Under the pieces are notes generated by a model that saw only the letters and a program-made list of their open reading frames with translations, had not been told where the DNA came from and did not search any database. A DNA stretch of 63,111 nt, taken from contig JALOQC010000001.1 of assembly GCA_025453555.1 (NCBI GenBank), forward strand, positions 1-63,111, written 5' to 3'. Source of the DNA: Myxococcota bacterium. GTDB taxonomy: Bacteria; Myxococcota_A; Polyangia; Polyangiales; Houyiibacteriaceae. Positions 44,795 to 54,082 of the stretch are shown one piece after another (position 1 is the first letter of the stretch; each line of letters starts with the position of its first letter). A program made the position numbers and the translations under genes.

Positions 44795-44853
44795 CGTTAC
44801 GAGGCCTGCGCAGGACGCGGTCGACCGTTACGAGGCCTGCGCAGGACGCGGTC
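44795..44853. repeat. Perfect 28-nt direct repeat x2 with a 3-nt spacer; each copy contains the 10-bp palindrome CCTGCGCAGG
   Basis: CGTTACGAGGCCTGCGCAGGACGCGGTC occurs at 44795-44822 and 44826-44853. It lies in the divergent intergenic region between 44706(-) and 44921(+). Confidence 0.9.
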
Positions 44854-44920
44854 ACGCATCGGTTTTCGTATCCGGCCGAAGCGGAGACCAACGCTGTCGG
44901 AGCTGATACGCTCCGCATCG

Positions 44921-46420
44921 ATGCTCCACGTGAGCGGTCCGTCACGCGCGTGCAAGCTTCGGTCGTGGGCCCGTCGGGCTGCGCTCGCGACGCTTCTGGC
45001 GTCGCTCTTCGCGTGTCGCGATGCGGGCGAGACCCGCGTCGTGCTGGCGGTCGATGCGGACCCCTCGCTTCGCGAGCTCGGGGAACGCGTACGCTTCCAG
45101 ACGGTGCGCGACGAAGGCGACGAGCACGTCGTTCACCACGTGGTGCGACGTTGGCCGTTCGAGTTCGAGCTGGTGCCTCGTGCGGGGGACACGAGCCGCC
45201 GCTACCGCGTGATGGCGAGCCTGCTCGGGATCGACGGGGAGGTGGTCGCGGTCCAAAGGGTGGAGGGGGGCTTCTTCGCGGGGCAGCGTCGTGACGTGAC
45301 GCTTCGGTTCGAGGACGCGTGCGGCCCGTGTGCTTCACGGGAGACCTGCCGTCAGGGGCGTTGTGAAGGTGCGTGTGTCGTGTTCGGTCCCTCCCCGGAG
45401 GACACACGCTTCGAGTCCTGCGAGTCGGTCCCAGACGGTGGGCTGCTGGACGCGGGCGGTCTCGACGGAGGCGGTCTCGATGCCGATTCTCCGGACGGCG
45501 GCGGTCGCGATGGAGGCGCTTCGGATGGCGGCGGGGAGCCGCGGGTCCACGAAGATCTGCTCTTCGCCTACGACTTCGCTGTCGCTCCGACCGACACCAT
45601 CGTCGACTGCAGCGGCGAAGGGCACGACCTCGCCGTGATGCGGACGCCACGTTGGGAGCCGGGGCACACGAGGTTCGACGCGGGGGATGGTCCGGCCGCG
45701 CTCTCCTCCGCCCGAGACACCGACGCGCTTCGAATCGTTCGAACTCTGCGGCGCTACACCCTCGAAGCGTGGCTGACGCCACTCGAAGGCTTGTCCGACG
45801 CGCCGAGCACTCAGACCGGGCCCGCGGCCGCGTTCGAGCTCGTCGACACCAGTGCCGCACCCACACGTCATTTGGTTCGTCTCCGCCTCGCGGGTCCGGT
45901 CGCAGGCGACGATCGTCACCGGGTGATCGTGACCACGTCCGACTCGCGTGGAGACTCGTTCGGCCGGTGGTACCTCGTGGCCGACGTTCGGATCTTCGAC
46001 CTCAGACGTCCGCTGCACGTCGTGTACACGCACGACTCGTCGGGAGTGGACGCTCGCGAGGAGATTTGGATCGACGGCCGTAGAGCGATTCCGCGGTGGT
46101 CGGACGCAGGCGTCGCGGAGCCGTGTCCGGCGGAGTGCTCACCTGACGATTGTGTCGACGTGGACCGTCGTGCGGTGTGCGACGTCGGCTATCGCGTGGA
46201 CGGGTCGGTCGCGATTCGACCCGCTCGGCTCTCGTGGTCGAGCAACCCGCGGGTTCGCTTGGCCGGCGCGACGGCCACGGGACCGACCGCCGACGTCTTC
46301 ACCGGTCGCTACCATCTCGTGGCCGCGTACGGACGCGTGCTCAGCTTGGAAGAGGTCTTGCGACACTTCGCGCTCGGCCCGAGCGCCGATCCTTGCCCCG
46401 TCGGACGTTCGTTGCGTTGA
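44921..46420 (+). CDS. Lipoprotein with a C-terminal LamG/concanavalin-A-like domain
   Basis: This is the C-terminal 499 aa of ORF 44744..46420. ATG 44921 gives ...AALATLLASLFACRD (lipobox). A Gly/Asp-rich linker is followed by a LamG_3-like pattern (LLFAYDF...DCSGEGHDL...YTLEAWL...HVVYTHD...GRYHLVAAYGRVLSLEEV). Confidence 0.7.
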   Translation: MLHVSGPSRACKLRSWARRAALATLLASLFACRDAGETRVVLAVDADPSLRELGERVRFQTVRDEGDEHVVHHVVRRWPFEFELVPRAGDTSRRYRVMASLLGIDGEVVAVQRVEGGFFAGQRRDVTLRFEDACGPCASRETCRQGRCEGACVVFGPSPEDTRFESCESVPDGGLLDAGGLDGGGLDADSPDGGGRDGGASDGGGEPRVHEDLLFAYDFAVAPTDTIVDCSGEGHDLAVMRTPRWEPGHTRFDAGDGPAALSSARDTDALRIVRTLRRYTLEAWLTPLEGLSDAPSTQTGPAAAFELVDTSAAPTRHLVRLRLAGPVAGDDRHRVIVTTSDSRGDSFGRWYLVADVRIFDLRRPLHVVYTHDSSGVDAREEIWIDGRRAIPRWSDAGVAEPCPAECSPDDCVDVDRRAVCDVGYRVDGSVAIRPARLSWSSNPRVRLAGATATGPTADVFTGRYHLVAAYGRVLSLEEVLRHFALGPSADPCPVGRSLR

Positions 46421-46467
46421 CCCGAAGACGACGCCCGCTCCTCCGTGGGGAAGAGCGGGCGCCTTCG

Positions 46468-46854
46468 ATCGAGCGGGGAGGGGAGGTACGCGACCACGGC
46501 GTCGAGCAGCGGCTGCACACCTCGGTTGCGGAACGCGCTTCCACCGAGGATCGGCACGAAGCGCAGCGCCATCGTGCCGCGACGGATCGCGGCGACGAGG
46601 GCGTCGTCGGAGATGCGTTCGTTTCGGTCGACCGCCGCGAGCCAGAGCTCGGCGAAGGCGTCGTCGTGCTCGGCGCACGCCTCGACCACCTGCTCGCGGG
46701 CGCGCGTCGCGAGGTCGCGAAGCGTGGGCGAGTGGACGTTCGAGAGTGCATGACGCGCGAACGAGCGACCTTCGTCGTCCGCCCACACGAGCAGCTCGCC
46801 GCGCACGACGTCGAGCAGCACGAGCTCCTCGTCGTCGAGATCGAAAGGGAGACC
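46468..46854 (-). pseudogene. Internal fragment of an elongation factor G (EF-G/fusA-like) gene
   Basis: It lies inside ORF 46309..47055(-). The stretch ...LVWADDEGRSF...REQVVEACAEHDDAFAELWL...ISDDALVAAIRRGTMALRFVPILGGSAFRNRGVQPLLDAVVAYLPSPLD matches the EF-G G'/domain II junction (compare VPVLCGSAFKNKGVQ.LLDAV..YLPSP.D). No G1-G4 GTPase motifs are found upstream, and domains II-V are missing downstream. Confidence 0.7.
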
Positions 46855-46950
46855 CGCGACGTGGACGTGGACGTGGACGTGGACGTGGACGGACGTGGAC
46901 GGACGTGGACGGACGTGGACGTGGACGGCGACGGCGACGGCGACGGCGAC
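46855..46950. repeat. Compound tandem repeat: (GTGGAC)5, (GGACGTGGAC)3, (GGCGAC)4
   Basis: Read directly from the sequence. It abuts the 5' breakpoint of the EF-G fragment and lies 62 nt upstream of the xdhA start. Confidence 0.95.
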
Positions 46951-47011
46951 CGCGAGCCCCGAAGAACGATCTCTGGCGTTTCCCTCGGTCCTGCTACGGT
47001 ACCCGCTTCCC

Positions 47012-48442
47012 ATGAGCATCCGTTTCCGTCTGAACGGGCGCGACGTCGAGGCCACCTCCGTCGACCCTCACGAACCCCTCCTGCATTTCCTCCGCGCGCG
47101 CGGGCTCACCGGCACCAAGGAAGGCTGCGCCGAAGGCGAGTGCGGCGCGTGCGCGGTCGCGATCGTGCGCACCGGTCCGGACGGCAAGACCCGCTACGTG
47201 CCGATCAACTCGTGCCTCGTGCTCACCCCCGCGGTGCACGGGCTCGAGCTCGTATCCGTCGAAGGCGTCGCGAGCGACGACGCACTGCATCCGGTGCAGC
47301 TCGCGATGGTCGAGCACGGCGGCTCGCAATGCGGCTTCTGCACGCCCGGCTTCGTGGTCAGCCTCTTCGCCGAGTACTACCGCGAGGGCCGGCAGCTCGG
47401 CGACTACGACCCCGAGAGCATCGGCGGCAACCTCTGTCGCTGCACCGGCTACCGACCCATCCGCGACGCGCTCGTCTCGCTGCGGCTGCCGAGCGACGAC
47501 GATCCCCACCGCGCGCGCCTGCGCGCCGAAGCGCCGAAGCCGGCCGCGCTCTCGTACGAAGCCGACGGCGTGCGCTTCGAGCGCCCGATCGATCTCGCGT
47601 CGCTCTTCTCGATCCTCGAGGCACACCCGAACGCGAAGCTCGTCTCGGGCGGCACCGACGTCGTGGTCGAGGTGAACCACCGCGACGCGCGCTTCGACGT
47701 CATCGTCGCGCTCGACGGCGTCGCGGAGCTGCGTGGCATCGAGCTCACCGAGCAGACGATCGCGATCGGCGCGGGCGAGCCGCTCGCCGCGATCGAAGAG
47801 GCGCTGCACGGGAAGGTCCCGCTCCTCGATCAGCTCTGGCCGCTCTTCTCGAGCCGCCTCATCCGCAACCGCGCCACGCTCGGCGGCAACCTCGGCAACG
47901 CCTCGCCCATCGGCGACTCACCGCCCGCGCTCCTCGCGCTCGACGCGACGGCGGTGATCGCGTCGAAGCACGGCGAACGCACGGTGCCGCTCGACGGCTT
48001 CTTCACCGGCTACCGCAAGACGATCCTCGCGCCGGGCGAGCTGCTGCGCGCGGTGCGCATCGACAAGCCGCTCCCGACGATTCAGCGCTTCTACAAGGTG
48101 TCCAAGCGCGTGATGGACGACATCTCGACCGTCGCGGGCGCGTTCGCGCTCACGCTCGCGCCGGACGGAACGGTCGCCAAGGCGCGGCTCGCGTACGGAG
48201 GCGTGGCGGCGACGCCCGCGCGCGCGAAGGACGCGGAGGCCGCGCTCGTGGGCAAACGCTTCGACGCGCAGTCGGTGCGCACGATCCGCCCGCTGCTCGA
48301 GCGCGCGTTCACGCCGATGGACGATCACCGCGGCAGCGCGGCGTACCGCAAGGCGATGGTGACGAGCCTGGTGGAGAAGCTCGCGTTCGAGCTCACGAGC
48401 GGCGCCATCGAGGGCTTCGAGCACGCGGAGGGGACCCGATGA
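47012..48442 (+). CDS. xdhA: Xanthine dehydrogenase small subunit ([2Fe-2S] plus FAD-binding)
   Basis: This is the C-terminal 476 aa of ORF 46895..48442, starting at ATG 47012. Motifs include GCAEGECGACAV, CGFCTPGF, NLCRCTGYRPI, the FAD domain GGTDVVVE and ATLGGNLGNASPIGD. Confidence 0.9.
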   Translation: MSIRFRLNGRDVEATSVDPHEPLLHFLRARGLTGTKEGCAEGECGACAVAIVRTGPDGKTRYVPINSCLVLTPAVHGLELVSVEGVASDDALHPVQLAMVEHGGSQCGFCTPGFVVSLFAEYYREGRQLGDYDPESIGGNLCRCTGYRPIRDALVSLRLPSDDDPHRARLRAEAPKPAALSYEADGVRFERPIDLASLFSILEAHPNAKLVSGGTDVVVEVNHRDARFDVIVALDGVAELRGIELTEQTIAIGAGEPLAAIEEALHGKVPLLDQLWPLFSSRLIRNRATLGGNLGNASPIGDSPPALLALDATAVIASKHGERTVPLDGFFTGYRKTILAPGELLRAVRIDKPLPTIQRFYKVSKRVMDDISTVAGAFALTLAPDGTVAKARLAYGGVAATPARAKDAEAALVGKRFDAQSVRTIRPLLERAFTPMDDHRGSAAYRKAMVTSLVEKLAFELTSGAIEGFEHAEGTR

Positions 48443-50802
48443 GCACGCGCAGCATGGAGCCCACGCGTCGGCACGTCGGTCGCGCGATCCCGCACGAGAG
48501 CGCGCCCGAGCACGTCGGCGGCGCGGTCTACACCGACGATCTCTTTCCGCGCTTCTCGAACGTCCTGCACGCGTGGCCGGTCTGCGCGAAGGTCGCGCAC
48601 GGCGTGGTGACCAAGCTCGACGCGAGCGCCGCGCTCGCGATGCCGGGCGTGGTCGCGACGATCGGCGAAGGCGACGTACCGGGTGAGGGCAACACCGGGC
48701 CCGCGGTGCTCGACGAGCCGATGTTCGACGGTGTGGTGCGTTTCTACGGCCAGCCGGTGCTCTGGATCCTCGCGGAGTCCGAGTCGCTCGCGCGGCGCGC
48801 GGCCGCGAAGGTCGTGCTCGAGGTCGAAGCGAAGCCCGCGATCGTCGGCATCGAAGCGGCCATCGAGGCGCAGAGCTACCACGCGGGCCCCTTCACGATT
48901 CATCGTGCGCCAGAGGCCAGCGACGTGACGAAGGAGCTCGGACGCGCGCCGCGCCGTTTGTCGGGCGAGCTGCACGTCGGTGGCCAAGAGCAGTTCTACC
49001 TCGAAGGTCAGTGCTCGTTCGTCTACCTCGACGAGGCGGGCCAGGTGATGGTGCACTCGTCGACGCAGCACCCGACGGAGACGCAGGCGATCGTCGCGCG
49101 TGTGCTCGGGGTGCCCAAGCACGAGGTCACCTGCCAAGCGCTCCGCATGGGCGGCGGCTTCGGCGGCAAAGAGACCAACGCGAGCCCCTACGCGGCGGTG
49201 GCGGCGCTCGGCGCGTGGAAGACGAACCGCCCGGTGCGGCTTCGCCTCGACCGTCAGCGCGACGTGATGATCACCGGCAAGCGTCATCCGTTCCTCGGTC
49301 GCTTCGAGGTCGGCTTCGACGACGACGGACGCCTGCTCGCGGTCGACTGCGAGCTCTACGCGGACGGTGGCTGGAGCCTCGACCTCTCCAAGCCGGTGCT
49401 CCAGCGCGGCATGTTCCACCTCGACAACGCGTACCTCGTGCCTGCGCTCCGCGTGGTCGGCCGCGTCTGCAAGACGAACGTCGTCTCGCACACCGCGTTC
49501 CGCGGCTTCGGCGGTCCGCAGGGCATGGTCGTGATCGAAGAGATCCTCGATCGCGTCGCGCGCGCGACCGGTTTGCCGCCGCACGTCGTGCGCGAGCGCA
49601 ACCTCTACCGCGACGGGGATCGAACCCACTACGGTCAGGAGATCGACGACGCGACGCGCCTGCGCACGATGTGGTCGAAGCTCTGCGAGTCCTCCGAGCT
49701 GCAGGAGCGTTGGACGCAGATCGAGGCCTTCAACGCGAGCCACGAAGATCGTAAGCGTGGCCTCGCGATCACGCCGGTGAAGTTCGGCATCTCGTTCACC
49801 ACTGCGTTCTTCAACCAGGCCGGCGCGCTCGTGCTGCTCTACCAAGACGGCTCGGTGCAGGTGAGCCATGGCGGCACCGAGATGGGCCAAGGCCTACACA
49901 CGAAGATGATCCAGGTCGCGGCGGACGCGCTCGGGGTGGAGCTCGACACGATCCGCCTGATGCCGACCCGCACCGACAAGGTGCCGAACACCAGCGCGAC
50001 CGCGGCGTCTTCCGGCACCGATCTGAACGGCCAAGCGGTACGGGAAGCGTGTCGGGCGATCCGTGAGCGCCTCGCGGAGGTCGCGGGCATCCACTTCCAC
50101 GTCGCGCCGGGCGACGTCGTCTTCGAGGGCGGCAAGGTCTACCCGATCGGTCGCGCGGACGACGCCGTCTCTTTCGCGAAGATCGCCAAGGAGGCGTACC
50201 TGCAGCGGGTGCCGCTCTTCTCGACCGGCTACTACCGCACGCCGAACATCCACTTCGACGAGAAGGCCGGCGTCGGCAAACCCTTCCACTACTTCGCGTT
50301 CGGCTGCGCGGTCACCGAGGTCGAGGTCGAGCGCTTCACCGGGCAGTACACCGTGATCCGCGCCGACATCCTGCACGACGTCGGCGACTCGCTCTCGCCG
50401 CTCGTCGACCAGGGCCAAGTCGAGGGCGGCTACGTGCAGGGCGTCGGCTGGCTCACGCGCGAGGAGCTGCTCTGGGATTCGAAGAGCGGACGGCTCACCA
50501 CGGGCGGCGCGAGCACCTACAAGCTGCCGACCTTGGGCGACATGCCGCTCGATTTCCGGGTGAGCTTGCTGGAGAAAGCGCCTCAGCCGGGCGTGATCCA
50601 CGGGAGCAAGGCGGTCGGAGAACCGCCGTTGATGCTCGCGATCAGCGCGCGTGAGGCGATCCGTCAGGCGGTCTCGGCCTTCGGCGACGCACCGACGCTG
50701 GTCGAGCTCGCGTGCCCCACCACGCCCGAGCAGGTGTACTGGGCGATCGAGAAGGTGCGGCGCTCGGCGGGCGCGTCCGAGCGGGTCGCAGCCGAGGAGT
50801 GA
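48439..50802 (+). CDS. xdhB: Xanthine dehydrogenase molybdopterin-binding large subunit
   Basis: This is the C-terminal 787 aa of ORF 46150..50802, with ATG 48439 overlapping the xdhA stop (ATGA). Motifs include GGGFGGKE, AFRGFGGPQG, GGTEMGQGLHTK and KAVGEPP. Confidence 0.9.
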   Translation: MSTRSMEPTRRHVGRAIPHESAPEHVGGAVYTDDLFPRFSNVLHAWPVCAKVAHGVVTKLDASAALAMPGVVATIGEGDVPGEGNTGPAVLDEPMFDGVVRFYGQPVLWILAESESLARRAAAKVVLEVEAKPAIVGIEAAIEAQSYHAGPFTIHRAPEASDVTKELGRAPRRLSGELHVGGQEQFYLEGQCSFVYLDEAGQVMVHSSTQHPTETQAIVARVLGVPKHEVTCQALRMGGGFGGKETNASPYAAVAALGAWKTNRPVRLRLDRQRDVMITGKRHPFLGRFEVGFDDDGRLLAVDCELYADGGWSLDLSKPVLQRGMFHLDNAYLVPALRVVGRVCKTNVVSHTAFRGFGGPQGMVVIEEILDRVARATGLPPHVVRERNLYRDGDRTHYGQEIDDATRLRTMWSKLCESSELQERWTQIEAFNASHEDRKRGLAITPVKFGISFTTAFFNQAGALVLLYQDGSVQVSHGGTEMGQGLHTKMIQVAADALGVELDTIRLMPTRTDKVPNTSATAASSGTDLNGQAVREACRAIRERLAEVAGIHFHVAPGDVVFEGGKVYPIGRADDAVSFAKIAKEAYLQRVPLFSTGYYRTPNIHFDEKAGVGKPFHYFAFGCAVTEVEVERFTGQYTVIRADILHDVGDSLSPLVDQGQVEGGYVQGVGWLTREELLWDSKSGRLTTGGASTYKLPTLGDMPLDFRVSLLEKAPQPGVIHGSKAVGEPPLMLAISAREAIRQAVSAFGDAPTLVELACPTTPEQVYWAIEKVRRSAGASERVAAEE

Positions 50803-51054
50803 GGCGCGGCCGGCGTCTCCGGCGCACGAGCGTGGGCGAATCCGCGCACCCCGGCGGTCGACCGCGTCGGAGGCGTGCCACGGCGTGCCGCAAGGCGCAG
50901 AACATGTCCGAGTCTGGGCACTTCTGGCGCTGGTCCACCCCTTGCTCTTCTCGAGGTCGGTGTTCCATGAGTCCACGCCCCGGCGGCGTCGGACCAGCCT
51001 CGGAGCGGGCACGGTCTCGCATCGTGCGCGCTCCTTCACACGGACGGTGGGCCA

Positions 51055-52737
51055 ATGAATCGGATGGGGACTCTTCTCGGGTGTGCGGCGGCGATCGCGG
51101 GTGGCGTCCTGCTCGCCCCGCGACCGGCGGAAGCCTGTGGCGGCTTCTTCTGCGGACAGCAGCCGGTCGATCAATCCGCGGAGCGGGTGGTCTTCGCGGT
51201 CGACCAAGAGGCGAATCAAACGACGATGATCGTGCAGATCGCCTTTCAAGGAAACGCGGCAGATTTCGCGTGGGTCGTGCCGCTCGGCAGCGTCCCCGTC
51301 GAGGGCTCGCTCGACACCTTCCCGCAGCTCGCGCTGTCCGCGCTCGACGCGAACACGGGCCCGCAGATCTGGCAGGGCGGTGGGTGCTTCGACGCGGCGG
51401 CCGAAGGTGGCAGCCCGCCGAGCAGCCGCGACGACGACGGCGGCGTCACCGTGCACGTGCGCGAAGAGGTCGGTCCCTACGACGTCGCGGTGATCGAGTC
51501 CGAAGATCCGAACGCGCTGGTGCTCTGGCTGCGCGAAAACGGTTTCCGCGTGACCACGCCGATGGAGCCCTACATCGCCGAGTACACCTCGGAGGGCCTG
51601 AAGTTCCTCGCGCTGCGGCTGCAGCCCGATCGCAAGGTCAACGAGATCGCCCCCTTCCGCATGACGCTGCCGGGCACCTCGCCGGTGCTCCCGCTCCGCA
51701 TGACCGCGCTCGCGGCGGAGCCCGAGATGGGCATCGTGACCTTCGTGCTCGGGCAGCAGCGCTACGAAGGCGCGAACTGGCCGAACCTCGAGGTGCCCGA
51801 CGACTACCTCGTCTTCGACTGGGCGACCTACCGCCACAACTGGACCGCCGCGGTCGCGCGCGTGGTCGACGAGGCGGGCGGGCAGGGCTGGGTGACGGAA
51901 TCGGCCGGCACCACCGCGGACTACGTGCGCACGCTCGAGAACACCTCGCCGGCCGACGAAGATCAGGCCGAGGCGGTGACCGCGCTGCTCGAGCTGATGC
52001 GCCCGTACCCGTACATGTCGCGCCTCTACACGCGCCTCTCCGCGGAGGAGATGATCTCGGATCCGATCTTCCGCCGCTCGGCGGGCGGTGACGTGCCGCG
52101 CTGGCGCGAGCTGCCGACCCGCGACGGCGTGATGGAGTGCTGGTGGGGCGGCGACGACTCGCGCGATGCCGCATCGCCCTGCGACTTCGCGGCGTGTGGC
52201 GCGGGTGGGCGTTGTGCGGAGGTCGAGACGGGCGGCACCGGCGCAGGTCGCATCGCGGGCTGCGCGTGCGTTCCCGGCGCGACCGCGCGTACGACGGTCG
52301 CGCCCGACGGCAGCGCGACGGTCGCATGTCAGGACATGCGGATGTCCTTCCTCAACCCCGGCGATCGCGAGACGCCGGACGCGACGCCGCTGCCCGATCC
52401 CTGCGTCGGCTTCGACTGCGGCGCGGGCACCTGCGTCGCGATGAACATGACGCCGACCTGCGTGTGTGACGCGGGACTCGTCGCGATCGGCAGCATCGAC
52501 GCGGAGACCGGCACGCGCAGCACCTCCTGCGTCGCGCCGCGTCGTCCCATCCCCGCGCGCTTCTACGATCAGCGCCTGCCCGAGCGTCCGCTCGAGCTCC
52601 CGAGCGGTCGCGACATCGAGATGCTCCCGCAGCCCACCCTCACGGGGGGTGGTGGGTGCGCCGCGGGCGGCGCGGGCTCGTACTCCGGCCTCGCGCTCGC
52701 GCTCGCAGCGTTGGTGATGCGTCGTCGTCGCGACTGA
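51055..52737 (+). CDS. DUF2330-like secreted protein with Cys-rich EGF-like modules and a MYXO-CTERM sorting tail
   Basis: ORF 51055..52737. It has a signal peptide followed by ACGGFFC (DUF2330 hallmark, from memory). The C-terminus is GGGGCAAGGAGSYSGLALALAALVMRRRRD (MYXO-CTERM pattern). Confidence 0.8.
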   Translation: MNRMGTLLGCAAAIAGGVLLAPRPAEACGGFFCGQQPVDQSAERVVFAVDQEANQTTMIVQIAFQGNAADFAWVVPLGSVPVEGSLDTFPQLALSALDANTGPQIWQGGGCFDAAAEGGSPPSSRDDDGGVTVHVREEVGPYDVAVIESEDPNALVLWLRENGFRVTTPMEPYIAEYTSEGLKFLALRLQPDRKVNEIAPFRMTLPGTSPVLPLRMTALAAEPEMGIVTFVLGQQRYEGANWPNLEVPDDYLVFDWATYRHNWTAAVARVVDEAGGQGWVTESAGTTADYVRTLENTSPADEDQAEAVTALLELMRPYPYMSRLYTRLSAEEMISDPIFRRSAGGDVPRWRELPTRDGVMECWWGGDDSRDAASPCDFAACGAGGRCAEVETGGTGAGRIAGCACVPGATARTTVAPDGSATVACQDMRMSFLNPGDRETPDATPLPDPCVGFDCGAGTCVAMNMTPTCVCDAGLVAIGSIDAETGTRSTSCVAPRRPIPARFYDQRLPERPLELPSGRDIEMLPQPTLTGGGGCAAGGAGSYSGLALALAALVMRRRRD

Positions 52738-52896
52738 TTCTTTTCGGCGCGACCTGATTCCTCGCGACGAGCCGGCGACTCCGTGTCGACCGGCTCGTCG
52801 CGTTCGTGCCTTCCGCATCGACGCGCCCACTTTCTGCAAATCGAAGACCTCGAAGCTCGCCTCGCGCGCCGAGGCCACGCACACTTCGGAGCCCGA

Positions 52897-53376
52897 ATGT
52901 CCCGCACGCTCTTCGCTTGCCTCCTGTTTCTCCCCCTCGTTGCGTCGTGCGAAGAAGAAGATCCGCCCGGCGAGCTCACGGTCGAGCTCGGGACTGGTGA
53001 GGTCGCGTTCGAGCCGCTCGTGGACGGCACCACGCTCCCGCTGATCGCGGGACCCCAAGGCGGTCACCACGTCTGGCTCGGCTTCCGCGTGATGGGCATG
53101 AGCGGCACCCGCGCGAACCTGACCATCGAGCCGATCCCGCTCACCACCGGTGAGCCGCCGCCGCGTGCGGCTCCGGTGCGCATCACGATGACGGAGCTGC
53201 CCGACGGCACGCACGAGTACTTCGGTTGGCCGGCCCAGCTCAGCGATCCCGGCTGCCTCGTGGGTGAGCAGGTCGTGATGCGCGTGACGCTCGAGGACAC
53301 CCGCGGCAGCGTGGGCAGCGACGAGCGCACGATCGTGATCGGCGACGGAACCAGCGTGGCGCCCTGCGCGGAGTGA
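52897..53376 (+). CDS. Hypothetical lipoprotein
   Basis: This is the 3' 159 aa of ORF 52783..53376. ATG 52897 gives MSRTLFACLLFLPLVASCEEE (lipobox). Confidence 0.65.
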   Translation: MSRTLFACLLFLPLVASCEEEDPPGELTVELGTGEVAFEPLVDGTTLPLIAGPQGGHHVWLGFRVMGMSGTRANLTIEPIPLTTGEPPPRAAPVRITMTELPDGTHEYFGWPAQLSDPGCLVGEQVVMRVTLEDTRGSVGSDERTIVIGDGTSVAPCAE

Positions 53377-53527
53377 GCGGGCTGCATCGACCAGCACTTG
53401 GTCGACGGCGTCGCCGGACCCCGCGTCAGGGTGTCGCGCTTCTTCGTGTAAGGTCACGAAATCACTGGTGTCTCGCGGGCAGGGTGGGGCCGCGGAGCCC
53501 GGTCCGGAGCTTGCGAACGTAGGTCGC

Positions 53528-54082
53528 ATGCGCCTCGGCCTCGTGCTCTCTCTCCTCGCGTTCGCGTGCGGTGGCACCGATCCCGGACCCACTTCTGCGG
53601 GCGCCACCTCGCAGCCGCTCGCCAACGAGCCGGCGTACGCCGCGCTCGCCGCGGAGTCGCGCGACGCCGTGGATCGTTCGCCGGTGCCCGTGTTGCTGCT
53701 GCCCGAGCGCTACGCGCCCGACGCGCAGGTCATGGCCGGGCCGCGTTGGCTCGCGATCGCGTACTCGAAAGACGGGCTCACGTTGAGCCTGCACGCGACC
53801 GACGTGGCGGTGAACGCGCTCTCCGAAGAAGAGCTTCAGCGCGTGGAGCCGGCGCCGCATCGCGTGCGAGGCGTGCCCGCACGCACGACCGTCAACGACG
53901 GCATTCGCGCGGTGACGTGGGAGCACGAAGGTGTGGCTTACAGCCTCGAGGTCGAGTGCGCGGACGTGCTCGAGGACGAGCGCTGCGCCGCGCCGACCTT
54001 TGCGCTGTCGCTCGCGGACGAGCTGGTCGCGCTGCCGGAGACCTTCGAGCGCGGCGCGCGTCGGGCGGGAGGTGCGCAATGA
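53528..54082 (+). CDS. Hypothetical lipoprotein
   Basis: This is the 3' part of ORF 53468..54082. ATG 53528 gives MRLGLVLSLLAFACGG (lipobox). The stop overlaps the next start (ATGA). Confidence 0.65.
   Translation: MRLGLVLSLLAFACGGTDPGPTSAGATSQPLANEPAYAALAAESRDAVDRSPVPVLLLPERYAPDAQVMAGPRWLAIAYSKDGLTLSLHATDVAVNALSEEELQRVEPAPHRVRGVPARTTVNDGIRAVTWEHEGVAYSLEVECADVLEDERCAAPTFALSLADELVALPETFERGARRAGGAQ

Noticed and set aside
46309-47055. The full 248-aa ORF as an intact gene
   Set aside because: Its N-terminal third only translates the hexamer repeat (AVAVAVAVHVHV...HVHVHVHV). Its C-terminal tail overlaps the LamG gene end. Only the central part, about 130 aa, has EF-G similarity, so it is treated as a pseudogene fragment.
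49894-53625. 1243-aa minus-strand ORF spanning xdhB and the DUF2330 and lipoprotein genes
   Set aside because: It is antisense to genes with clear family signatures. Its composition is dominated by Arg/Ala/Gly/Asp/His and it has no recognisable motifs. Long open antisense frames of this kind are expected at about 70% GC.
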